Part shown: in pieces, positions 15,135 to 23,414 of the stretch
Layout of the letters: every line of letters starts with the position of its first letter
Position numbering within the stretch: the stretch's first letter is position 1
Assembly (NCBI GenBank): GCA_001872995.1
Contig: MNXO01000026.1
Span: forward strand, 1-38,236
Length of the DNA stretch: 38,236 bases
Direction: 5' to 3'
Origin: Bacteroidetes bacterium CG2_30_32_10
GTDB taxonomy: Bacteria; Bacteroidota; Bacteroidia; Bacteroidales; CG2-30-32-10
Translations under genes and position numbers: made by a program
Notes under the pieces: model-generated
What the model was told of the DNA's origin: nothing
Seen by the model: the letters and a program-made list of their open reading frames with translations, nothing else
Database searches by the model: none

Positions 15135-18100
15135 TTATTTTTTCTTTGGATTTAAAGCAGCTTCTTTTTTAGCTTTTCTACGTTCTTTCATCATAATTAA
15201 ATCGTAAGCAATAGGAGAGGCGGTAAATACTGAAGAATAAGTACCAACGGCAACTCCAATTAGCAATGCAAAAGCAAATCCTCTAATTACTTCACCACCA
15301 AATATAAACATAGCAAGCAAAACCATAAATGTAACACCTGAAGTATTCAATGTACGACCAAGTGTGCTGTTTATAGCGTCGTTCATATTTGTTTTTAAGT
15401 CTTTTTTAGGATATAATGTTGTGTATTCACGAATTCTATCAAAGATAATAACGGAGTCCATGATGGAATAACCAATAATAGTAAGAATTGCTGCAATAAA
15501 ATGCTGATCAACATCTAAACTAAAGGGTAATATTCCATAAAAGAGTGAGAATATTCCAATGGTAATAAATGTATCGTGGAATAAAGCAATAACACCACCC
15601 ATTCCCCATTGCCATTTTTTAAATCTTATGGCGATATATATAAATATTATTATCAAAGAGAATAAAACTGCAAAATATGAATTAACCAAAAGACTGTATG
15701 CAATGGTTGGTTCGATTTTTTGTGAGCTTAATCTTCCAAGTACTTTTGTTTCGGAGTGACCTAAAAAGTCATCTTGAGATATTTCTTTAGTATATATTGG
15801 CTTTAATCCTTGATATAATTTAGTTTCAACAATAGAGTCTGTTTCATTTGATTTGTTTTGTATCATAAATGAAGTAGTAATCTTTACTTGATTACTTGGA
15901 CCAAATGTTTTAACTTCAGGTTCAGTGCCATAAACCTTAGCTAAAGCAGTTCTAACTTCATCAGTTTTCACATCTCTATCAAATCTAACGACATAAGACC
16001 TGCCTCCCAAAAAATCAATGCCATAACTTAATCCTCTGGTTGACAAAGAAATAATTCCTATAACAATAACTGAAAGAGAAATTACATAATAAATTTTTCT
16101 TAATCCAATAAAATTAAAATTTACTTTAGTAAGTACGTTTTTAGTGAGTTTATTCCAAACATTGATTTCAATGTTTTTATCCATCATCCAAATGAAAACC
16201 AAGCGGGAAATGAATATTGCACAAAACATAGAACTAATAATACCAATGATTAAGGTAGTAGCAAATCCTTGAATAGGACCAGAACCGAAAATGAACAATA
16301 CGATAGCAGTTAAAAGTGTAGTAATATTACTATCTATAATTGCAGACATTGCATGTTTGTATCCATCATCAATAGCAAGTCGAATTCCTTTTCCAACCCT
16401 GATTTCTTCTCGTATTCGTTCATATATAATTACGTTTTTATCAACGTCCATCCCGAGGGTAAGGACAATACCAGCAATACCAGGTAAGGTTAATACCGCT
16501 CCTAAGGATGCTAAAATTCCAAAAACAAAGAACATATTGACAAAAAGAGCAACATTAGCAACCATACCTGCTCTGTTGTAATAAAAAATCATATACAACA
16601 AAGTAAGAATGAAGGCAACAATGAAAGACCACAAACCAGCATTAATAGCTTCTTTACCTAGTGTAGGTCCAACTACTTCTTCTTGAACGATACGCGCTGT
16701 AGCAGGCAATTTCCCCGATTTTAATACGTTAGCTAAATCTTTTCCTTCGGTTAAAGAAAATTGACCAGAAATTTGAGAAGAACCATTAGGAATTTCGCCT
16801 TGAACTCTAGGGTTTGAATAAACAAAATTATCAAGAACTATAGCTATACAGCGTTTACTTGGGGCAGCCAAAGCAGTCATATCTTTCCAAATACGAGCAC
16901 CTGTGTTGTTCATTCTCATAGAAATTTCAACGTTTCCATTTTGATCAAAGTCTTGGCGAGCATCGGTGATAACTTCACCAGTAAGCTTTGGTTGGTCGCT
17001 ATTTTTAGGATAACGCAATGCAACAAGGTTAAGCGATGTTGTTCCTTCCTTTTCTGGTTTTATTGACCATGCTAATTTTAAATCTCTTGGTAATAATGCT
17101 TTTACATAAGCTTGACTTAACATTTTATTAACAAGAGAAGTATCTCTGATTTCGCAAAGTCCTAAAACAGGTCCACTTAAAGGAATAATATTACCTGCCT
17201 GATCTTTTGATAAAGAAAGTTCTAAGTAAGCAAATAATGGATGTTCTTTTGCGTTATTCCCTTTGTTGTTTTTTAAGGAAGTAGAGTCAGGTTTATTTGC
17301 TTTATTGGTAGCTTTGTCTATAAGAGAGGAGCTCTTTGAAGTGTCAGCTTTAGTTATTGTAGTATTAATAGTGTCTTTAGCTGTAAGGGTATCTATTGCA
17401 TAAAATCGATTTTTAAGAACTTTATCTACTTGTGCTAAGTAGGGATATATTTCTTTAAATTCATAAGTTTCCCAAAATTCTAGTTTGGCACTACCTTGTA
17501 ATAGTTTACGAACTCGTTCAGGTTCTTTGATACCAGGTAGTTCAACAAGAATTCTACCAGCAGTAGAGAGTTTTTGAATGTTTGGTTGTGTAACACCAAA
17601 GCGGTCAATACGAGTTTTGAGAATATTATATGTTCTATCAATTGCATCGTTAGATTCGTCTGCAATCATTTTTAATATTTCCTCGTTATTAGGCTTTCTG
17701 TTTAAAGTTTTTTCAAGGTCAGCCACTTTGGTTTTCATGCTGAAACCAAAAATAGCAATTAGCTGGGCATTAGGGTCCACTTCTTTAAACGATTCTCCGA
17801 ATAGAGTTACAAAGTCTTTCTGACTATTTTTTTGTTTTTCAAGAGCCAATGCCATTGCTTTATTAAAGGTAATATCTTTGCTATTACCTGATAATGCTCT
17901 AACGATTTCGGGAACAGAAACTTCAAGAGTAACGTTCATCCCGCCTTTTAAGTCAAGACCCAAGTTAATTTCTCTTTGTTTACATTCTTTATAGGTATAT
18001 TTTCTAATCAAAACGTTGAAAACAACCTTATTTTGCATTGAATCTAAGTAGAAACGTTCTTTAGCCTTAGATAGGGAATCAAAGATAATTTGTTCTCTTG

Positions 18101-18269
18101 ATGTATTCCCAATGGATAATTGTTTTGCTAAGAGTTTAACTTCGTTGCTGTTGGCATAGTTTTTGGCTTTGCTCTCCACTCTTGAGGTGAAAAAGCTGAA
18201 TGATAACTGGTATAAACAAACGAGTGCAAATACAATAGCGAAAAACTTAATAGCACCTTTACTTTGCAT
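15135..18269 (-). CDS. secDF: protein translocase subunit SecDF (fused)
   Basis: 1044 aa. N-terminal anchor, a large periplasmic domain and two 6-TM blocks (motifs LDLKGGM, GPTLGKEAI, DANVLIFERIREE-like VIIYERIREE, IIFDRIRE). Confidence 0.95.
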   Translation of the reverse strand: MQSKGAIKFFAIVFALVCLYQLSFSFFTSRVESKAKNYANSNEVKLLAKQLSIGNTSREQIIFDSLSKAKERFYLDSMQNKVVFNVLIRKYTYKECKQREINLGLDLKGGMNVTLEVSVPEIVRALSGNSKDITFNKAMALALEKQKNSQKDFVTLFGESFKEVDPNAQLIAIFGFSMKTKVADLEKTLNRKPNNEEILKMIADESNDAIDRTYNILKTRIDRFGVTQPNIQKLSTAGRILVELPGIKEPERVRKLLQGSAKLEFWETYEFKEIYPYLAQVDKVLKNRFYAIDTLTAKDTINTTITKADTSKSSSLIDKATNKANKPDSTSLKNNKGNNAKEHPLFAYLELSLSKDQAGNIIPLSGPVLGLCEIRDTSLVNKMLSQAYVKALLPRDLKLAWSIKPEKEGTTSLNLVALRYPKNSDQPKLTGEVITDARQDFDQNGNVEISMRMNNTGARIWKDMTALAAPSKRCIAIVLDNFVYSNPRVQGEIPNGSSQISGQFSLTEGKDLANVLKSGKLPATARIVQEEVVGPTLGKEAINAGLWSFIVAFILTLLYMIFYYNRAGMVANVALFVNMFFVFGILASLGAVLTLPGIAGIVLTLGMDVDKNVIIYERIREEIRVGKGIRLAIDDGYKHAMSAIIDSNITTLLTAIVLFIFGSGPIQGFATTLIIGIISSMFCAIFISRLVFIWMMDKNIEINVWNKLTKNVLTKVNFNFIGLRKIYYVISLSVIVIGIISLSTRGLSYGIDFLGGRSYVVRFDRDVKTDEVRTALAKVYGTEPEVKTFGPSNQVKITTSFMIQNKSNETDSIVETKLYQGLKPIYTKEISQDDFLGHSETKVLGRLSSQKIEPTIAYSLLVNSYFAVLFSLIIIFIYIAIRFKKWQWGMGGVIALFHDTFITIGIFSLFYGILPFSLDVDQHFIAAILTIIGYSIMDSVIIFDRIREYTTLYPKKDLKTNMNDAINSTLGRTLNTSGVTFMVLLAMFIFGGEVIRGFAFALLIGVAVGTYSSVFTASPIAYDLIMMKERRKAKKEAALNPKKK

Positions 18270-18311
18270 ATCTTTTCTATTTTATTAAATTATTTTTTTT
18301 ATTTGAGGGTG

Positions 18312-18319
18312 CAAATATA
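18312..18319 (-). promoter_or_regulatory. candidate -7 promoter box (TATATTTG) for secDF
   Basis: The reverse complement of caaatata matches TAnnTTTG. It lies 43 nt upstream of the ATG at 18269. Confidence 0.45.
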
Positions 18320-18402
18320 GAATAACAAATGTTAATAAACAATTTATTAGTTTTTAAAAAAGTAAAAAAAAACAAAAATATATATAGAAATTATCGGAAA
18401 TG

Positions 18403-19197
18403 CTAATAAATATTATGTTTAATATTATTTTTTTTAAGTAAAATAGTTTTAGTTTTAAATTGTTGTTTCTGGAGTATCAAATCTTTGCATTTTTTTTTTT
18501 GTAAATAAAACAAACAAATTGCCACTAAATGAAATGCCACTCCAGTTGAAAATACGAACCATTTGAAATGTTGTGGAACAAATTGGAAGGCTTTTTCTAA
18601 TATTTTTTTACTGTCTGAATAGGTTAATAAATCTGTAAAAGAAAAATATTGCATCATAAAACGCATATATTCCTCAGTATAAGCAAATATAACGATAAAT
18701 GAACCTATTATGAGCAAAATCCATTGAGCAAAATTTATTTTTACGTTTTTTCTTTTTTCTACAAAATAAATAATGATTAAAGTGAGGATAATCATTGTTA
18801 TTGAGTTAATAATTGGTGCAATAACAGGTCCAACCCAAGTAAAAGGTATAAGAAAAAGAATATCCCAGTCGAGAAATGAAACAGGCCAAGCAATTAACAA
18901 TTTTAAGAATAAGTAATAAAAAATATCCCAAATCGCAAAAGAAAAGATAAAAAAAGCAAATTTTTCAATTTTTGTTCTACCTGCAATAATAGCAATGCAT
19001 AATAGCATAATAATTGTAGCAATTTCTCTTAGAAATTCAGTTATTGCAACAGTATTACTTATGATTTTCATTGGAAAACAAAAACCATTAGGGTAATAAA
19101 TTTCTCTTAGGTAAACAACAACAGCACTTTCTAGAAATCCCATTGCTATACTAAAGGAAGTAACTAATAATAATGTTTTAATTATTTTATTATTCAA
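18403..19197 (-). CDS. uncharacterised polytopic membrane protein
   Basis: 264 aa with about 7 hydrophobic helices and charged residues within them (FLESAVVVYLRE, EFLREIAT, WDIFYY, FLDWDILFLIP). The start in the track is TTG (complement of 19195..19197). The alternative ATG at 19143 (MGFLESA...) would clip the first helix. Confidence 0.65.
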   Translation of the reverse strand: MNNKIIKTLLLVTSFSIAMGFLESAVVVYLREIYYPNGFCFPMKIISNTVAITEFLREIATIIMLLCIAIIAGRTKIEKFAFFIFSFAIWDIFYYLFLKLLIAWPVSFLDWDILFLIPFTWVGPVIAPIINSITMIILTLIIIYFVEKRKNVKINFAQWILLIIGSFIVIFAYTEEYMRFMMQYFSFTDLLTYSDSKKILEKAFQFVPQHFKWFVFSTGVAFHLVAICLFYLQKKKCKDLILQKQQFKTKTILLKKNNIKHNIY

Positions 19198-19266
19198 AAA
19201 TAATGAGCATTTAGAAATAAACTAATGGAGTGTGAGTTTGGTAATTAAGGATGTTTATTAAATATT

Positions 19267-20100
19267 TTAAATAGTTTCGCCTAATTCTTCTAGTTTTTGA
19301 GTTGTTTTGCGTTTAACATAACGGTCATCAACGCTTTTTAAAATATCTAAAAGTATTTCTTTATCATTTATCCGCTTTATAGCAACTTTTTTAACTTCAA
19401 TATCTTCTTCATTTTTTACAATTGTAGCAAGTATTATTTTATCTTCAAGTTTATTAACGGCTTCTTTTCTTACATAATAATCGGGGTCGTTGAAAGCAAT
19501 AGATTTAATAGTTTCTTGATTTGTTAGTAGTTGAACGGCAATACCACGAACAAAATAATCAGAATCATTTTTTGCAATATCTTCTATTGTGGACTGGTCA
19601 ATTATTTTTTTTAAAGCATCTGCTCGTAAATAAAAGTCAGGGGAGTTTTTTGCTAAACTAATTAATAGATTTTGATTGGTAATAGCATTTATTGCTAACA
19701 ATTTACTATCTTTATTTAGTGCTTTATTGGCAAGAATAAATAAGCATTCCTGATTAGTAATTCTTTGTATTGCTTCTTTGCAAATATAATAGTCTTCATG
19801 GCTATTCATGGCTATGGCGCACAGTGTTTCGGAATCTGTAATGTTTTTTATGGCAGCCATTTTAACATAATAGTCTTTATCGTTTTGAGCTATATCGGCA
19901 AGGGCTTCTTGATTTGATATTCTTTCTACTGCGGTTTGTCTAACATAATAGTCTTTATCATTCTTAGCAATAGAAATTAAGATGGCTTCATCATCCAATA
20001 ACTTAACGGCATCAGCTCTGTCAAAGTAATCGGTTGAATTAAGTCCGGTATTATTAGTTTCTTGCTGAGTAAGCGAACTATTATTGTCTGTTGCTATCAT
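19267..20100 (-). CDS. HEAT-like (PBS-lyase type) repeat protein, about 10 repeats of 26-28 aa
   Basis: Recurrent unit DYYVRxxAVxxIxNQExLxxIAxNDx. Examples are DYYVRQTAVERISNQEALADIAQNDK, DYFVRGIAVQLLTNQETIKSIAFNDP and DYYVRKEAVNKLEDKIILATIVKNEE. Confidence 0.8.
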   Translation of the reverse strand: MIATDNNSSLTQQETNNTGLNSTDYFDRADAVKLLDDEAILISIAKNDKDYYVRQTAVERISNQEALADIAQNDKDYYVKMAAIKNITDSETLCAIAMNSHEDYYICKEAIQRITNQECLFILANKALNKDSKLLAINAITNQNLLISLAKNSPDFYLRADALKKIIDQSTIEDIAKNDSDYFVRGIAVQLLTNQETIKSIAFNDPDYYVRKEAVNKLEDKIILATIVKNEEDIEVKKVAIKRINDKEILLDILKSVDDRYVKRKTTQKLEELGETI

Positions 20101-20144
20101 TTTAATTAAAAATTATTTGTGAATAGTAATATTTAATGGTTTAT

Positions 20145-21017
20145 TTATATAATTGTAGTGTAATTTTCTGGGATAATACACATTACAGGAATTTTATATA
20201 TGTTAAAAATAATTTTTTCAATGGCTGAAACTTTCATAAAACTGGGAACTAGTTTATTTGCTTCGTTTATTATTAATAAAAGGTCAGCATTTATTTGGTC
20301 TGAGTAAGTTAATACCTCGTTTACAAATTCATTTTTAGTACAAATTACTTTTTTTTCAATATAGTTTATATTTTTTTTCTCAAACAATTCTTTAACAAGG
20401 GCAACATTCTTGTAAATTTGCTGATGATATTTAATTTTAGTATCAACATATATCAGATGAATAGTAGAATTGAAATGCAACGCTAATCTTACAGCCCATT
20501 TAATTTTTTGAATAGAATTGGCTGTAATGTCAATAGGAACAACAAATTTTTCATATCCTTTACCGAAAGGTCTTTTTTGAACAACCATAACAGGAACAGG
20601 TGAATTGCTAATCACTCTTAAAATATAGCTTCCAATAATATGTTGCATTCCTTTTTTACCGTGAGTACCAATAATAATAAAACTAGCTCCCGTTTCTTTT
20701 GCAGCATCACCGATTGTTGTATAAATATCGTTATTTTCTCGTATAATATAATCTATATCAACATTGTAATCTATTTTTTTGTTGAAAGAAATATCGTTTA
20801 ATTTTTCTTTTATTGCATCATTTAAGAATGTTTCATTTTTTAAATATGATTTATCAATATTTTTATTAATAAGATGCAATAAACATATTTTATAATCAGA
20901 CCATTTAGCGGTTCCAATTGCATGTTGTACTGCAAAATCAGCCACTTCCGAAAAATCGAAAGGTACTAAAACTAAATTATTGTTATCCATTACTCTGTTT
21001 AATTTTATTTCGCCCAT
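20145..21017 (-). CDS. universal stress protein, tandem USP domains
   Basis: 290 aa. The first domain ends with the ATP-binding-type motif IIIGTHGKKGMQHIIGSYILRVISNSPVPVMVV. The second half repeats the fold (FVVPIDIT ... ADLLLIIN ... IPVMCI). Confidence 0.85.
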   Translation of the reverse strand: MGEIKLNRVMDNNNLVLVPFDFSEVADFAVQHAIGTAKWSDYKICLLHLINKNIDKSYLKNETFLNDAIKEKLNDISFNKKIDYNVDIDYIIRENNDIYTTIGDAAKETGASFIIIGTHGKKGMQHIIGSYILRVISNSPVPVMVVQKRPFGKGYEKFVVPIDITANSIQKIKWAVRLALHFNSTIHLIYVDTKIKYHQQIYKNVALVKELFEKKNINYIEKKVICTKNEFVNEVLTYSDQINADLLLIINEANKLVPSFMKVSAIEKIIFNIYKIPVMCIIPENYTTII

Positions 21018-21060
21018 CAGTTATTTATTTTAGTTTTGGTTGATTAATTTTTTCACATAA

Positions 21061-21068
21061 CAAACCTA
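21061..21068 (-). promoter_or_regulatory. candidate -7 promoter box (TAGGTTTG) for the USP-HEAT-membrane genes
   Basis: The reverse complement of caaaccta matches TAnnTTTG. It lies 44 nt upstream of the ATG at 21017, next to the T9 tract at 21073..21081. Confidence 0.3.
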
Positions 21069-21209
21069 CGTGTTTTTTTTTACATGCAAGTGAAAAATAC
21101 AATTTAATATATCTATTTATTAATATATGGAAATTAGCATATTAAATGAATTTTTTGACATTCTAAAAGAAACTTTAAATAATATAAGCATTCAAAATCA
21201 ATTAATTTT

Positions 21210-21217
21210 TAATTTTG
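21210..21217 (+). promoter_or_regulatory. candidate -7 promoter box (TAATTTTG) for the MFS transporter gene
   Basis: Matches TAnnTTTG and lies 32 nt upstream of the ATG at 21249. Confidence 0.4.
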
Positions 21218-21248
21218 CTTCAAATAATTGATGTAAAGTATCAATAAA

Positions 21249-22532
21249 ATGGACATAAATCAAAATTTAAAAAAGTATGATGCTTATGCAGTCTTGCGTA
21301 TAAAGGATTTTAGGTTATTTATTTTTGCTCGTTTTATTCTTACTATTGCTATTCAAATGCAATCTATAATTGTTGGATGGCAAATTTATGATATTACAAG
21401 AGATCCCTTTTCTTTGGGGCTAATTGGATTGGCTGAGGCTCTTCCATTTATAGTTGTCGCTTTATTTGCTGGGCATGTTGCCGATATTATCAATCGAAAA
21501 AAAATAATATTAGTTACTATTATAATTTATTTTTTTGGTGCTCTTACTTTGTTTTTGTTAAGTTTTAAATTTAATATCTTTTTTGCTGAGTTTGGGTGTT
21601 TACCCATTTATGGAGTAGTTTTTTTGACAGGTATAGCCCGTGGCTTCCATTATCCTGCTCAATCAGCCTTTATGGCTCAACTAGTCCCTAGAAAATTGTA
21701 TGCAAACTCATCTACCTGGAATAGCACCATTTGGCATATTGCTGCAATTTCTGGTCCTGCCATTGGTGGCTTAATTTATGGCTTTTTTGGTATTGATACT
21801 GCTTATTTTATAGTTGTTTGCTTGGTAATTTTTAGTTTTTGTTTATTTATGTTTGTTAAAAATGTTGCATTACCAGCGAAAGTTAAAAAAGAATCATTGA
21901 TAGAGAGTCTTACATCGGGAGTTAGATTTGTATTTAAAAATCAAATTCTTTTAGGAGCTCTCGCTCTTGATATGTTTGCTGTATTGTTTGGTGGAGCGGT
22001 AGCAATTTTGCCAGTTTTTGCCAGAGAAATTCTTGAATTAGGACCTGAGGGACTAGGTTTTCTTCGTGCTGCACCTGCTTTTGGTGCAGTTTTAATGTCT
22101 TTGATATTGGCTCACAAACCACCACTTAAACATGCGGGTGTTAATTTGCTTGTAAGTGTTAGTGGTTTTGGGATGTGCATTATTCTTTTTGCTTTTTCTA
22201 CTAATTTCTATCTTTCTTTTTTGTTGTTGGCTTTTAGTGGTATGTTCGACAATGTGAGTGTGATAATTAGAAATACAATAATACAACTGTTCACACCTGA
22301 CAATATGAGGGGCAGGGTTGCTTCCGTTAACAGCATATTTATTGGTTCTTCTAATGAAATTGGTTCTTTTGAGTCGGGCTCTGCCGCTAAAATATTAGGA
22401 CTTGTTCCTTCTGTCGTTTTTGGTGGAGGTATGACACTTATGATTGCCCTTTCTACCTTTAAGTTTGCTCCTAAATTAAAAAAACTGAATTTACTTTCTT
22501 ATATGAAAGAGAAGGAAGAAAATTATTTATAA
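21249..22532 (+). CDS. MFS transporter
   Basis: 427 aa with about 12 hydrophobic helices and the motif-A-like loop GHVADIINRKKI between TM2 and TM3. Confidence 0.9.
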   Translation: MDINQNLKKYDAYAVLRIKDFRLFIFARFILTIAIQMQSIIVGWQIYDITRDPFSLGLIGLAEALPFIVVALFAGHVADIINRKKIILVTIIIYFFGALTLFLLSFKFNIFFAEFGCLPIYGVVFLTGIARGFHYPAQSAFMAQLVPRKLYANSSTWNSTIWHIAAISGPAIGGLIYGFFGIDTAYFIVVCLVIFSFCLFMFVKNVALPAKVKKESLIESLTSGVRFVFKNQILLGALALDMFAVLFGGAVAILPVFAREILELGPEGLGFLRAAPAFGAVLMSLILAHKPPLKHAGVNLLVSVSGFGMCIILFAFSTNFYLSFLLLAFSGMFDNVSVIIRNTIIQLFTPDNMRGRVASVNSIFIGSSNEIGSFESGSAAKILGLVPSVVFGGGMTLMIALSTFKFAPKLKKLNLLSYMKEKEENYL

Positions 22533-22615
22533 CATAAACAAATAATAAATACAATTTTAATTGAGTATTGTTAACATGTTTTTGTCATTTTAGTTCTAAT
22601 AAATAAATTAACTTG

Positions 22616-23329
22616 TTAGAAGTTGGGTTTTAATGAATATTTATTGTAGAAATTTTCAATATATTTTGCTGCCTCATCTGCAGTATCAACACAAACAATT
22701 AAATCTAAATCTTCTGAACTAACATTTTTTTCTTCAACAAGTGTATTTTTGATCCAATCTAAAAGACCTTGCCAATAACTTTTTTGTAAAAGGATGATCG
22801 GAAAACGTGCTATTTTTTGAGTTTGTATTAAGGTAAGCGCTTCGAACATTTCGTCTAATGTCCCAAATCCGCCAGGTAAAACAATAAAACCTTGTGAATA
22901 CTTCATAAACATTACTTTTCGAACAAAGAAATAGTCAAAAGCGAGTAATTTATCAGGGTCAATAAAAGGATTGGAGCTTTGTTCAAATGGGAGTTTTATA
23001 TTTAATCCAACAGAACGTCCACCAGCATAGTGGGCACCTTTATTAGCTGCTTCCATTATTCCAGGACCGCCACCAGTGATAACTCCAAAACCAACTTTAG
23101 TGAGTTTATATGCCACTTCTTCGGCAAGTTTATAATAGGGATGTTGCATTTTTGTTCTTGCTGAGCCAAATATAGTAACACAAGGTCCTATAATTGCCAA
23201 TTTTTCAAATCCTTCAACAAACTCAGCCATTATTTTGAATATTTGCCAAGAATCTGATGTTTTCATTTCGTGCCATTCCTTAGGAGTTAATGCTTCTCTT
23301 ATTTTATCTTCATCATTTAAGCTTCTCAT
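22616..23329 (-). CDS. LOG-family (TIGR00730-type) nucleotide N-glycosidase / Rossmann-fold protein
   Basis: 237 aa with the motifs GGGPGIMEAANKGA and PGGFGTLDEMFE. Confidence 0.9.
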   Translation of the reverse strand: MRSLNDEDKIREALTPKEWHEMKTSDSWQIFKIMAEFVEGFEKLAIIGPCVTIFGSARTKMQHPYYKLAEEVAYKLTKVGFGVITGGGPGIMEAANKGAHYAGGRSVGLNIKLPFEQSSNPFIDPDKLLAFDYFFVRKVMFMKYSQGFIVLPGGFGTLDEMFEALTLIQTQKIARFPIILLQKSYWQGLLDWIKNTLVEEKNVSSEDLDLIVCVDTADEAAKYIENFYNKYSLKPNF

Positions 23330-23414
23330 AATCGTATTTTATATTTTAGAACAATCAATTTATCAAAAAACTATGCTAAATTAAGGAATATTTATTTTGA
23401 AAATCTAAAAAAAA

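Noticed and set aside
15559-17823. ORFs 15559..15759, 16291..16581, 17480..17665 and 17578..17823 within secDF
   Set aside because: All are embedded in the 1044-aa SecDF ORF and have no independent signals.
21934-22286. Minus-strand ORFs 21934..22125 and 22092..22286
   Set aside because: They are antisense shadows inside the MFS transporter gene.
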